Shown here one piece after another: positions 9,664-18,691 of a DNA stretch of 64,000 nt. Numbering within the stretch: the first letter of the stretch is position 1; each line of letters starts with the position of its first letter. The notes below the pieces were generated by a model, which was not told the origin of the DNA, searched no databases, and saw only the letters and a program-made list of their open reading frames with translations. Origin of the DNA: Rubrivivax sp. (GTDB lineage: Bacteria > Pseudomonadota > Gammaproteobacteria > Burkholderiales > Burkholderiaceae_C); NCBI GenBank assembly GCA_034522875.1, contig JAXHKY010000005.1:13205-77204 (forward strand), written 5' to 3'. A program made the translations under genes and the position numbers.

Positions 9664-9879
9664 ATGCACGACATCATCGAACTCTGGCACTGGCGCGTCA
9701 CCGACAAGGTGAGCCGGCGCCCATTCATCACTCGCCACCGCATGACGCAGGCCGATGCGCTCGACTTCGACCCGGCCGCCGAACGCGTGGAAGGCTCGCT
9801 GGAACGGTGTGTCGTGCGCGGCGATCCGCAGTCGATCCAGCACCAACGTCCATCGGCACAAGGCAGCGTCGTTCGGTAG
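9664..9879 (+). CDS. Small hypothetical protein
   Basis: 71 aa with natural composition (IELWHWRVTD...RHRMTQADA...AERVEGSLE). Confidence 0.5.
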   Translation: MHDIIELWHWRVTDKVSRRPFITRHRMTQADALDFDPAAERVEGSLERCVVRGDPQSIQHQRPSAQGSVVR

Positions 9880-9914
9880 GCGCAGCGAGTCCGCACCTGC
9901 CGGCGGCAGCGTGC

Positions 9915-10194
9915 CTATGCCGGCGTCGTCAACTTGAGCCCGACGATGCCGGCCACGATGAGCCCCAGGCTGATCAGGCGGCCCGCATTGGCGGATTCGC
10001 CGAAGAGGACGATGCCCACGATGGCCGTGCCGACCGCGCCCACGCCCACCCAGATGGCGTAAGAAGTTCCGACGGGCAGTGACTTCATGGCCATGCCGAG
10101 CAGCACCACGCTGGCCGTCATGGCGGCCAGCGTGAACACGCTCGGCCAGACTCTGGTGAAGCCTGCCGTGTACTTCAGCCCGATCGCCCAGCCG
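9915..10194 (-). pseudogene. sugE: SMR guanidinium exporter Gdx/SugE lacking its N-terminus
   Basis: [18 protein letters not shown]...[20 protein letters not shown]...GLKL. Upstream in frame reads [12 protein letters not shown], so the start and the TM1 glutamate are absent. Confidence 0.8.
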
Positions 10195-10270
10195 TCCTGA
10201 CCTGCATCGTAGGATGTGTGACACCGCCGCTATCGTGCCTGCGCTTCCCCGAGGGCCGGACCCCAAATTC

Positions 10271-10816
10271 ATGCGTTCTTCCGCCATCTTTCTCGTCGCC
10301 GCTCTTGCACTGTGCGGGTGTGCCGTCTTGGTGCCGCCTGCGCCGGTCGGGCCGCCTCCGCCGGTGGAGCAGCGAGCCGATCCGCGAGCCGATCCGCGAG
10401 CCGAGCAGCGGGCCGAGCAGCGAGCCGCCGTGCAGGCGGCGCTGGGTGTCGAGCGCCAGTGGCTGCAATCGTGGTTCGAGGGCACGCCCGTGGCCATCGC
10501 GCAGCGGTCCGACGGTGCGGTGACCGTGGCGGTACCCCGGGAGTTCTGCTTCGAACCGGGACGCGACAAGGTCAAGCCGGCGCTGGCCGCCGTGCTGGAC
10601 AAGGTGGCCGAGAGTCTGCGTCGCCGGCCGCAGACCCGGCTCGTTTTGCTGGCCGCGCCGGGCGACGCGGCAGATACGGTGCCGCTGGCGACCAGGCGCG
10701 CGCTCAAGGTGCAGCGCCATCTGCTCGCGCGCGGCGTGCCCGCAGCACGCATCGGCAAGCCGACGAGCACGGCCACGGCGGCCGTGCAGTTGCGGATCGA
10801 GATCGGCTTGAGCTGA
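10271..10816 (+). CDS. OmpA-like C-terminal-domain lipoprotein
   Basis: Lipobox-like LCGC; FEPGRDKVKPALAAVLDKVA...LATRRALKVQRHLLARGVPAARI. Confidence 0.75.
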   Translation: MRSSAIFLVAALALCGCAVLVPPAPVGPPPPVEQRADPRADPRAEQRAEQRAAVQAALGVERQWLQSWFEGTPVAIAQRSDGAVTVAVPREFCFEPGRDKVKPALAAVLDKVAESLRRRPQTRLVLLAAPGDAADTVPLATRRALKVQRHLLARGVPAARIGKPTSTATAAVQLRIEIGLS

Positions 10817-10844
10817 ATCGGGTAGACGCACCCAGGGCGGCCAG

Positions 10845-11564
10845 CTACCGCACCGAGATGATCCTGAGGTCGATCTCGTCCTTGCCGTTCTTGCGCTGCA
10901 GCACACGCGCGGGAAGCGGCAGCCCTTCCACCACCCAGACCTGCATCTCCCTGTGGCCGCTGACATTGACCACCCTGGTCGCCTGGCGCGGCTGGCCGCC
11001 GATGGTGATCGTTTCCCGGCCGCTGACGGTGAATTCCATCGGCTTCGCCCGGCCTTCGTCCACGAGCCGGTAACGCAGCGGCCGGCCGGCGGCCACGTCG
11101 CGCACGAGCACCAGGTTCATCAGCAGGCCGTCCACGTCGCCGGGCTGAAGCGCCACCGGACCCGCGCGTTCGGGTTTCACGTCGCCGCTCCAGCGCGCCT
11201 GGGCGCCTGCCCAGTCGTAGACGGCATGACGGCGGATCTCCTTCATCAGCAGCAGTGAAGTGTCGGTGCCCGAAAGCGGCCGCCACTGGCCGTTGGCTTC
11301 CTCGAACAAGGTGGTCTGCGTCAGCTGAGCGATCGGGTGAGTGACCTCCAGGCTGTACTTCCAGCGCTCGCCGCCCTGCGGTTCGAGCGTCATGCGGCCG
11401 CTGGCCGAAAACCCCTTGTAGCTGGCCCGGTATTCGGCGGCGAACCGCTCCAGCGCGCCAGCAGTGGCCGCCATCGCAGCCGTGGCCAGCGCCAAAGCCA
11501 ACAGCAGGCCGGGCACGGCACGGCGAAAGCGCCTGGGCGGGTTGAGCTTGTTCTGAAGGTTCAA
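10845..11564 (-). CDS. DUF3108-like exported protein (start uncertain)
   Basis: Signal-like hydrophobic segment, FAAEYRASY, QWRPLS, LPLPARVLQ. Confidence 0.65.
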   Translation of the reverse strand: MNLQNKLNPPRRFRRAVPGLLLALALATAAMAATAGALERFAAEYRASYKGFSASGRMTLEPQGGERWKYSLEVTHPIAQLTQTTLFEEANGQWRPLSGTDTSLLLMKEIRRHAVYDWAGAQARWSGDVKPERAGPVALQPGDVDGLLMNLVLVRDVAAGRPLRYRLVDEGRAKPMEFTVSGRETITIGGQPRQATRVVNVSGHREMQVWVVEGLPLPARVLQRKNGKDEIDLRIISVR

Positions 11565-11772
11565 GAGTGAATTCCAGGACGATCCTCGCCCCACGGCTGA
11601 CGCTGGGCTGCCATCACCCTATCATGGGTCGCTCCGCCGCTCCGCCGCTCTGCCGCCGGGTGACCCTGTCCGCCTCGAACGCGATTCGATGGCGGGCCGT
11701 TGACCGGTGGCAGCTCATGCTCGCCATGCCGGTGATCGCCGGGTGCGGCGTGGGTCGGCCAGAATCGCCACC

Positions 11773-12597
11773 ATGCCAGACCATCCCGACCGCGTGCTGC
11801 CCCTGCAGGGGGCGACGAACTTCCGCGACCTGGGCGGCTACCACGGCCACGGCGGGCGCACCGTGCGCTGGCGCCGGCTCTTTCGTTCGGACCACCTGGG
11901 CGGCTTGACGGCGCTCGACAAGTCGGTTCTGGCCGAACTGGGTCTGGCCCGGGCCCTCGACTTTCGCGGCCAGGCCGAGCGTGCTGCCGCGCCCTACGAA
12001 CTGCCTGGCGTGACGCAGCACTCGCTGGTCATCGAGCCCACGGTGGTGCAAGGCCTGAACAGCCTGCTGGCTGCCGGTGAGCCGCTGAGCGTGCCCATCG
12101 TCAGCGGGCTGATGACCGACCTGTACCGCTCCCTGGTCAACGACCAGGCGCACCGTTTTGCCGAACTGTTCGAACACCTGCTGCAGGCCGAAGCGCCCGT
12201 GGTCTTCCACTGCACCGCCGGCAAGGACCGCACCGGCTTCGCCGCCGCGCTGGTGTTGCTGGCGCTGGGCGTGCCGCGCGGCGTGGTGATGCAGGACTAC
12301 CTGCTGACCAACGCGGTCTACGAGAAACCGCCACCGGGCCGGCACGGCATCCCGGCCGAGGTGATGGCCGTGCTGTGGCGGGTGCAGCAGGGTTTCCTGG
12401 ACGCGGCCCTGCACGCGGTGGAGGCCGATCACGGCGGGGTGGGGCGCTACCTGCACCGGCGCCTGGGTCTGAGTGACGCCGCGCTCGAGGCGCTGACAAG
12501 CAAGTACCTGGTCGAACCCCTGGCTCATGGGCCGGGAGCCGCGCCCGGCGCCGCGTCGGCCAGCGGTGGCGACGCGCTTTCGAGCCACGCCCGGTAG
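11773..12597 (+). CDS. Tyrosine-protein phosphatase (IphP/MptpB-like)
   Basis: GATNFRDLGGY, LFRSD and HCTAGKDRTG P-loop. Confidence 0.92.
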   Translation: MPDHPDRVLPLQGATNFRDLGGYHGHGGRTVRWRRLFRSDHLGGLTALDKSVLAELGLARALDFRGQAERAAAPYELPGVTQHSLVIEPTVVQGLNSLLAAGEPLSVPIVSGLMTDLYRSLVNDQAHRFAELFEHLLQAEAPVVFHCTAGKDRTGFAAALVLLALGVPRGVVMQDYLLTNAVYEKPPPGRHGIPAEVMAVLWRVQQGFLDAALHAVEADHGGVGRYLHRRLGLSDAALEALTSKYLVEPLAHGPGAAPGAASASGGDALSSHAR

Positions 12598-13043
12598 CGC
12601 GCCACTTCGCCGGCGGGCGCCGGCACCTTGTGGCCCAGGGCGTACATGCAGGCGTAGTAGGCGCCGTCGAACTGCTGCTGCGTACCGGCCCACGCGCCCT
12701 GCTGCGCGGCGCTGCCGGCCACGGCCCCGATGAGCAGGCCGGCCGCGGCACCGGCCGCGGCACCCGAGCCGCCGTCGAACACGGCGCCGGTGGTGGCACC
12801 GATCACCGCCCCGGTGGCCGCACTGCCGGCCACGGCCTGGTTGGCGGACGCCGTGGGCGTGGCGCCGGCCAGGCGTGAGTTCACGTAGGCACGGCAGCGC
12901 GCGTCGTCGGCCGCGAACCGGTCCGGGCTCTTCCCGCTGCCGGGCAGCGCCGGCAGGCTGGGGCCGGCGGGAAGGGTGGCGCAGGCGGCCAGGGTCAGCG
13001 CGGCGAGGGCCGCGCCGGCAAGACGACAGTTGCTGCCGGCCAT
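12525..13043 (-). CDS. Glycine-zipper lipoprotein
   Basis: Lipobox LAAC, PGSGKS..F..DD..CR, GA-rich zipper, YYACMYALGHKVP. Confidence 0.8.
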   Translation of the reverse strand: MAGSNCRLAGAALAALTLAACATLPAGPSLPALPGSGKSPDRFAADDARCRAYVNSRLAGATPTASANQAVAGSAATGAVIGATTGAVFDGGSGAAAGAAAGLLIGAVAGSAAQQGAWAGTQQQFDGAYYACMYALGHKVPAPAGEVARYRAWLESASPPLADAAPGAAPGP

Positions 13044-13050
13044 GGCGGCC

Positions 13051-13710
13051 TCACTTTGCCAGGTCCGGCGGCACCGCGGGAACCCGTTCCCAGCCGCCCG
13101 GGCACTCGCGCACGTACGGGTAGGCGCCGCGCGGCGAGCGGCACAGATACCACCACTGCGTGCCCGCGGGCGGCGGCGCGGCGGCTGCGGCCTCTCGTGC
13201 GGCAGGAAGTGCGGGCGCAGGTGCGGGCGCAGGTGCGGGCGCAGGCGCCTGTTCGGGCTGCTGCGTCGACACCGTGCCCGCCTCGCGCTCGATATACACC
13301 ACGCCACCGGTGGACGTGACCACCCCCTGCGGCCCGTAGACGTAGTAAGGCGGTACGTAGCCGTAGCCGTAGCCGTAGTAGCTGGGCGCGTAGAAGCTGC
13401 CGTAGCTGTAGTAACCGGGCCAGACCTGGCCGGGCCAGCCCCAGCCGCCCCGGTAAGGGCCGCCGTAGTAGAAGCGCACGCTCGGCCCGTACCAGCGGCC
13501 ATGAACAACGCCGGGTTGGGCGCCGTGGCGCGGCTCGGCTGCGACCGGGGGCCGCACGACATGCGACGGACCGCCGGGCCGCCCGCCGCCACCGGGCGCC
13601 GCGCCGGGGGGTGGTCCGCCCGGGCGTGGATCGGCCGTCGCCACGCCGGCCATTCCGGCCATTCCGGCCAGCACCCACAGGACGAAGAGCGCAGAGCTTG
13701 GCACGGTCAT
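13051..13710 (-). CDS. Pro/Gly/Tyr-rich exported hypothetical protein
   Basis: Signal peptide, low-complexity body and C-terminal WWYLC....AYPYVRECPGGW motif. Confidence 0.7.
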   Translation of the reverse strand: MTVPSSALFVLWVLAGMAGMAGVATADPRPGGPPPGAAPGGGGRPGGPSHVVRPPVAAEPRHGAQPGVVHGRWYGPSVRFYYGGPYRGGWGWPGQVWPGYYSYGSFYAPSYYGYGYGYVPPYYVYGPQGVVTSTGGVVYIEREAGTVSTQQPEQAPAPAPAPAPAPALPAAREAAAAAPPPAGTQWWYLCRSPRGAYPYVRECPGGWERVPAVPPDLAK

Positions 13711-14137
13711 CTTGGTCTCCGGCGTCATGGCTTCCAACGGCAGCATCCTGCCCGTGGTTGACCGCGTGTGCATTGACGCGCCGCACGTCGCGCCCACGCC
13801 GGCGTCGCCTGCGTCGCCGGGGCGCCTTCGTTGGCTGCAGCGCGTGCCGGCGACCGGCGTCTGCTTTCTGCCGCAGCCGCTTTGCCGGCGCGAGTCGGTG
13901 TCGAAAAAGGTCTCGAATGAAAACCTGTCCGGGTTCGCTGTCAGTCCGGCCCCGCGGCCCATCCGGCGATGAAGTGGGGCCATGCCATGTTCTGGCGCTT
14001 TCCGGTGCAGGGCCACGGCCCGCACGAAGTTCCCCGGCACACCTGGCGTTGACCGCGGGCCGCGGCGAGGGCCTCGCGCCCAGAAGCGCTCCAGGCGCGT
14101 GGCTGCCCGCGTGCGGGCGCTGGCCGGTGCCGCGGCC

Positions 14138-14362
14138 TCATTGCCAGCCGCAGGCACCCGGGCCTGCCGGATGGCCGCACGACCCACAGGGCCCCGCGAC
14201 GGCAGGGGCGGCTTCGGCGGCGGGTGCGGCGGTGGCAAACACCGACAGCAATTTGTCGAGGCGCTTCGAATGGCAGCCCGGGCACTCCGGCACGGTGTCG
14301 GAACGCACCAGGGCCTCGAACTCGCGGCCGCAGTCGCGGCAGGCGTATTCGTACATCGGCAT
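14138..14362 (-). CDS. FmdB-family zinc-ribbon protein
   Basis: MPMYEYACRDCG...ECPGCHS; GGAG RBS. Confidence 0.9.
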   Translation of the reverse strand: MPMYEYACRDCGREFEALVRSDTVPECPGCHSKRLDKLLSVFATAAPAAEAAPAVAGPCGSCGHPAGPGACGWQ

Positions 14363-14432
14363 GGCAACTCCTGTGCAATCAGGGGCACCATTCTGTCGCA
14401 AGCGGCGTGGCCCGGGCGCGGCCGTCGGCCGC

Positions 14433-14462
14433 GGGCCACGGGCCACGGGCCACGGGCCACGG
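14433..14462. repeat. Tandem repeat (GGGCCAC)x4
   Basis: Seen directly; intergenic. Confidence 0.8.
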
Positions 14463-14510
14463 AAGTCCACCACGGTCGGGGTCGGCGTGCCCGGAACTCG
14501 CGGCCGGGCG

Positions 14511-14960
14511 CTACGGGGCGCGGCCACCCGGGTCGACCATTGCGCCCAGGTAGGCGTTGCAGAACTCGGGCGGCATGCGCCGCGGCCGGCCGCTGCTCAG
14601 TTCGATGCAGACCAGCTGCCAGCGGCCGCGCAGGATGGTGGCGCCGTCGTCATTGCGCAGCAGCTGGAAGCGGCGCTCCATGGCCAGCCGACCGTCGCTG
14701 GCGACCAGCCAGGTGCCCAGCGTGAGCGCGTCGCCGGCGGCCGTGGGCAGCAGGTAGTCGTATTCGCCGCGGCGGATCGCCATCGCGCGGTCCAGGCGCC
14801 GGTAGTCGGCCAGGCCCAGGCCGAGGGCTTCGGAGTGGGCCCAGGCAACCACTTCGCACCACTGCACGTAGACGGCATTGTTGGTGTGGTTCAGGCCGTC
14901 GATGTCGCCGGGCTGCGGCATCACCGGCAGGGTGTGGGGTCGGGGGTGGTCCCAGTTCAT
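14511..14960 (-). CDS. Acyl-CoA thioesterase (4HBT hotdog fold)
   Basis: DIDGLNHTNNAVYVQW motif. Confidence 0.88.
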   Translation of the reverse strand: MNWDHPRPHTLPVMPQPGDIDGLNHTNNAVYVQWCEVVAWAHSEALGLGLADYRRLDRAMAIRRGEYDYLLPTAAGDALTLGTWLVASDGRLAMERRFQLLRNDDGATILRGRWQLVCIELSSGRPRRMPPEFCNAYLGAMVDPGGRAP

Positions 14961-15232
14961 GGGCAATGCATGAGGAACGGCATCCGGTCTCGTGAACGGC
15001 ACTCCGGGGTACCCGGCGCGGTTTCATGTCCGGAGTGCAGCACCGAGCGCGCGACTCTACTCGAGGCCTTGCGGGCGACGAACCGATGCCGCGGTGCCGT
15101 CGCCCGGTGGTCTGTGCAGCACCATCTGGCCCGCCCTGGCCGCGACTGGCCCCGGCTGAGAGCCTGTGAAGCTCTGAGGTATGGTTGGCGACGGACCTTC
15201 ACGCCTGGCCAGCAGCCACAGGAGACGCCGCG

Positions 15233-15871
15233 ATGCACGATCCCTGCGACCATGAACACGGCGCACCGCCGGCGGGCAGCCTGGGCATCCCGCGCGCGGG
15301 CGGCTTCGACGGCCCGGCCTTCGAGCGCGCGGTGGCCGACCTGCTGCGTGCCTGCGGCATGGCGCCCGACGGCGACCACACCGGCCGCACGCCGCGCCGC
15401 GTGCGTGAACTCTGGGAGCACCGCCTGCTCGGCGGTTATGGGCTCGACCCGGCCGAGGTGCTGGGCACCGGCTTCGCCGACCCGCGCCAGGACATGGTGG
15501 TGGTGCGCGGCATCGCGGTGCATGGCGTGTGCCCGCACCACCTGGTGCCGTTTCGCGGCATCGCCCACGTGGCCTACGTGCCCGGCGGGCGGCTGCACGG
15601 CTTCGGCCGCATTGCGCGCATGGTCGACGCCATCGGCCACCGCCTGACCTACCAGGAGTGGATGACGCGCGACATTGCCGACGCGCTGGTCGGCCATGGC
15701 CAGGCGCGCGGCGCGGCCTGCGTGATCGAGGCCGAGCAGTTGTGCCTGCTGTTGGGCGAGGACCGGCGCGGCGACGAGCGCGTCGTGACGCAGGCCTTTG
15801 CCGGCTGCTTCAACGAAGACGCCCAATGGCGCGCCGAATTCATGCGCGCCATCGGTGGCGGCCGGGTCTGA
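15233..15871 (+). CDS. folE: Divergent GTP cyclohydrolase I-family (FolE-like) protein
   Basis: TPRRV, CPHHLVPFRGIAHVAYVP, YQE, RAEF. Several canonical residues are substituted. Confidence 0.8.
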   Translation: MHDPCDHEHGAPPAGSLGIPRAGGFDGPAFERAVADLLRACGMAPDGDHTGRTPRRVRELWEHRLLGGYGLDPAEVLGTGFADPRQDMVVVRGIAVHGVCPHHLVPFRGIAHVAYVPGGRLHGFGRIARMVDAIGHRLTYQEWMTRDIADALVGHGQARGAACVIEAEQLCLLLGEDRRGDERVVTQAFAGCFNEDAQWRAEFMRAIGGGRV

Positions 15872-15878
15872 ACGCAGC

Positions 15879-16403
15879 CTATTTCGCCGCGCCCGATGCC
15901 GCGGAGGCCGTACCAGTGGGTAGCACGATGCCGAGGTCGGGCGAGTCCAGCCGCGTGGCCTGGTTCATGGGCACGCCGCTGGGTGGCCCGACCAGCGCAC
16001 GCAGACGTTCGGCAAACGAGGTCGAGTTCGCGGCAGCGGCCGGTGCTGTCGCTGAGGTGGCGGCTGCGGGCGCCGCCGGAGCAGGGGGCGCTGCAACGGG
16101 CGCTGCCGCCCGGCTGGCCGGGCTCGGCGTAGCGGTGTCTGCGGCCTTGGCACCCGTGCCGGCCGTTGCCGCAGCCGCGGGAGCCGGCACCGTGGTCAAC
16201 GCCGCCGCGCCGGCCGACGCCGCGCCGGCCGGCGGTTCGGCCGGCGCGGCCTTCGGCTTGGTTTCGATCAGCGTGATGCCGGGCCAGGTGCCCGAATTGA
16301 TCTGCGAACGGGCGTCGTTCAGCGAGCGCGCGGGTTCGGCCGGCGCCAGGCCCGCGCTGGCGAGCAAGGTTGCGGCGGCGAGCAGGGAGGGAAGGGGTTT
16401 CAT
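15879..16403 (-). CDS. Ala/Pro-rich exported hypothetical protein
   Basis: Signal peptide MKPLPSLLAAATLLASAGLAPA followed by a low-complexity linker. Confidence 0.6.
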   Translation of the reverse strand: MKPLPSLLAAATLLASAGLAPAEPARSLNDARSQINSGTWPGITLIETKPKAAPAEPPAGAASAGAAALTTVPAPAAAATAGTGAKAADTATPSPASRAAAPVAAPPAPAAPAAATSATAPAAAANSTSFAERLRALVGPPSGVPMNQATRLDSPDLGIVLPTGTASAASGAAK

Positions 16404-16513
16404 GGGCGCGGCAGGTGTTGGTCGGGTCACGGGGGCAAGGCCACTGTCGCCGCCTGGCGGCGGGGCGGGTCGGTACGTGGAATGCGAATTATCCAGCCTG
16501 GCCGCGGTGGCCA

Positions 16514-16801
16514 CTACGTCGGCCCGTCGCCGCCGCTCTCGTATTGCGAGGGCGTGACGCCGCCGCGCGCGAGCAGGCCGCGCAGGTGCAGGATCGACTT
16601 GGCGTCCAGCGTATTGCTGTGGTGCGGCCGGTGCAGCAAGCCTTCCATGCGGTTGAGCGTGATGCGGATGCGCGCACCCGAGATCGGCTCCAGCGTGGCC
16701 CCCACGTGCCTGAGCAGCGACTCGATCTCGCGCCAGTGCACGTTGCCGCTGGGCGGGTCGTGGAAGATGGTGCGTATCAGCTGGGCGTGGTGTCGGCTCA
16801 T
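16514..16801 (-). CDS. HicA-like protein with no adjacent HicB
   Basis: IFHDPPSGNVHWREIESLL...GARIRITL...LHRPH, typical of the long HicA subgroup. Confidence 0.8.
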   Translation of the reverse strand: MSRHHAQLIRTIFHDPPSGNVHWREIESLLRHVGATLEPISGARIRITLNRMEGLLHRPHHSNTLDAKSILHLRGLLARGGVTPSQYESGGDGPT

Positions 16802-17007
16802 GGTGCGCTCGCGGTTGGGCCACTGACGATGAAGCGTACCCGAAGCCCGGCGGCCCCGGAAGGCCGCCCGGCCGCCCGGGCGCCAGCGCTTCCGGCCCGC
16901 CGCGGTGGCCGCGGCCCACCGGGCCGGGTAAGCTGGGCGACGCCAGCCTGCGTGGCCCTGCGTGGCCCTGCGCGGCTGCTCCTGCGCGGGGTCGCCGCCG
17001 AAACCGA

Positions 17008-17475
17008 ATGACGAGTTCCGCCCCATCGCCCGCTGCCTGGCCCTATGCGCTGCTGGCCGACGCCGTGCTGGTGCTGCATGCGGTTGTGGTGCTGTTCGTC
17101 GTGGGCGGGCTGGTGCTGGTGCTGCTGGGCAACCGGCGCGGCTGGCCGTGGGTGAACCGCCCGTGGTTCCGTCTGGTGCACCTGGTGGCCATTGCGGTGG
17201 TGGTGGCCGAGTCGTGGCTGGGTCTCGCCTGCCCGCTCACCACGCTGGAGTGGTGGCTGCGCGCCCGCGCCGGCCTGGCCCCCTACGAGACGAGCTTCAT
17301 CGCGTACTGGCTGCAGACCCTGCTCTTCTACGAGGCGCCGTGGTGGGTGTTCGCGCTGGCCTACACGGGTTTCGGCGTGCTCGTGGCCGTGGCCTGGTGG
17401 CGGTTTCCGCCCACACCGGCCGGCAGCCGCCGAAGCGGCCGAAGCGGCCGTGGGGGCCGTGGCGGTGGCGGCTGA
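17008..17475 (+). CDS. DUF2784 membrane protein
   Basis: LLADAVLVLH...FRLVHL...CPLTTLEWWLR...SFIAYWL. Confidence 0.88.
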   Translation: MTSSAPSPAAWPYALLADAVLVLHAVVVLFVVGGLVLVLLGNRRGWPWVNRPWFRLVHLVAIAVVVAESWLGLACPLTTLEWWLRARAGLAPYETSFIAYWLQTLLFYEAPWWVFALAYTGFGVLVAVAWWRFPPTPAGSRRSGRSGRGGRGGGG

Positions 17476-17509
17476 GACGCCTTGCAGCCGCCGCGGCGCT
17501 GGCGCGCGG

Positions 17510-17790
17510 CTGTTTCTTCAGCGACGCGCTCTCGATCAGCACGGCGTCGTCGCAGCCCGGGCCCACCTGCACGTCGGTGCGCACCGTGCCCTTGACCAGC
17601 ACCACGTCGCCCACCTCGGCCACGTCCTTGGAAGTGACCAGGATGTCGTTCGTGCCGGTCTTCAGGCGCAGATAGGTGTAGGGGCCGCATCGCGCACCTC
17701 GAGCACCTCGAGCACCTCGCCCTGGGTCGTGGCGGCGAAAGCGGTGGGGCCAGGCAAGAACAGGGCAATGGTAAGCAGGCGCCTTTTCAT
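17510..17790 (-). pseudogene. Internally deleted, frameshifted remnant of an exported OB-fold (NrfJ-like) protein
   Basis: MKRRLLTIAL...QGEVLEV, then in another frame YTYLRLKT joined directly to GTNDILVTSKDVAEVGDVVLVKGTVRTD...VLIESASL. Confidence 0.55.
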
Positions 17791-17860
17791 GGTGCGCGGA
17801 TGCCAGGAGTCCGCCGTCGGCGGGCCTTGCGCTTCGACAAGACCGGGTAACCTGCGCCCA

Positions 17861-18691
17861 ATGCTTTCCATTTCGATCGGACCCCTGGCGCTGCCGGTGG
17901 CGCCGCTGTTGCTGCTGATCGCCGTTGGGCTGGCTTCGTGGCTGGCCGGGCGCTGGGCCGCCAGGCCGGCCGGTGCGAAAGGGGCCGAGGCCGCAGGCAA
18001 CGCCGTCTTCCATGCCGCGCTGCTGGGCCTGCTGGCGGCGCGGCTCGTGCACCTGGTGCTGCATGCCAGCGCCTACCTGGCATCGCCGCTGGCGGCGCTG
18101 GACATTCGCGATGGCGGCTGGCACGCGCCCAGCGGCGCGTTGGCCGGCGCCGCCTGGCTGGCCTGGCGCGGCCACCGGTGGCCGCTGCTGCGCCGCCCGC
18201 TGGCCGGTGCCGCGGCCGTGGTCGCGGCGCTGTGGTTCGGCGCCACCGTGGTCATGGGCCTGGGCCAGGCGCGCGAAATGCCGACCGTGACGCTGGCCGA
18301 ACTCGACACCGGCCAGATGCGGGACCTGCGCGCGGCGGCGCGCGGCCGCCCGGTCGTGGTCAACCTGTGGGCCAGCTGGTGCGGGCCGTGCCGGCAGGAG
18401 ATGCCCCTGCTGGCCGCGGCGCAGCAGCGCGAAACCGGGGTCGGCTTCGTCTTCGTCAACCAGGGTGAGTCGGCGCGCACGGTGCAGGCCTACCTGGCGC
18501 GTGAAGGCCTGCCGCTGCGCGAGGTGCTGCTGGACGCGGGCGCGAAACTTGGGCCCGCGGTGGGTTCGCGCGGCCTGCCCACGACGCTGTTCTACGACGC
18601 GCGTGGTCGCCAGGTGGGTGCACATTTCGGCGTGCTGAATGCCGCCGCGCTGGAAGTGCGTGTGCGCGAATTGCGAGGAGCGCCGCAATGA
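17861..18691 (+). CDS. TlpA-family disulfide reductase with Lgt-like membrane N-terminus
   Basis: VVNLWASWCGPCRQEMP; N-terminal SIGPLALP and LDIRDGGW. Confidence 0.9.
   Translation: MLSISIGPLALPVAPLLLLIAVGLASWLAGRWAARPAGAKGAEAAGNAVFHAALLGLLAARLVHLVLHASAYLASPLAALDIRDGGWHAPSGALAGAAWLAWRGHRWPLLRRPLAGAAAVVAALWFGATVVMGLGQAREMPTVTLAELDTGQMRDLRAAARGRPVVVNLWASWCGPCRQEMPLLAAAQQRETGVGFVFVNQGESARTVQAYLAREGLPLREVLLDAGAKLGPAVGSRGLPTTLFYDARGRQVGAHFGVLNAAALEVRVRELRGAPQ

Noticed and set aside
12525-12597. 73-bp convergent overlap of the phosphatase and glycine-zipper genes
   Set aside because: Low-complexity tails, common in GC-rich genomes with few stop codons.
15140-15230. Possible riboswitch upstream of the folE-like gene
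   Set aside because: Only short stems (AGAGC/GCTCT, GTGAAG/CTTCAC); cannot be matched to a known family by eye. An Infernal scan would be needed.
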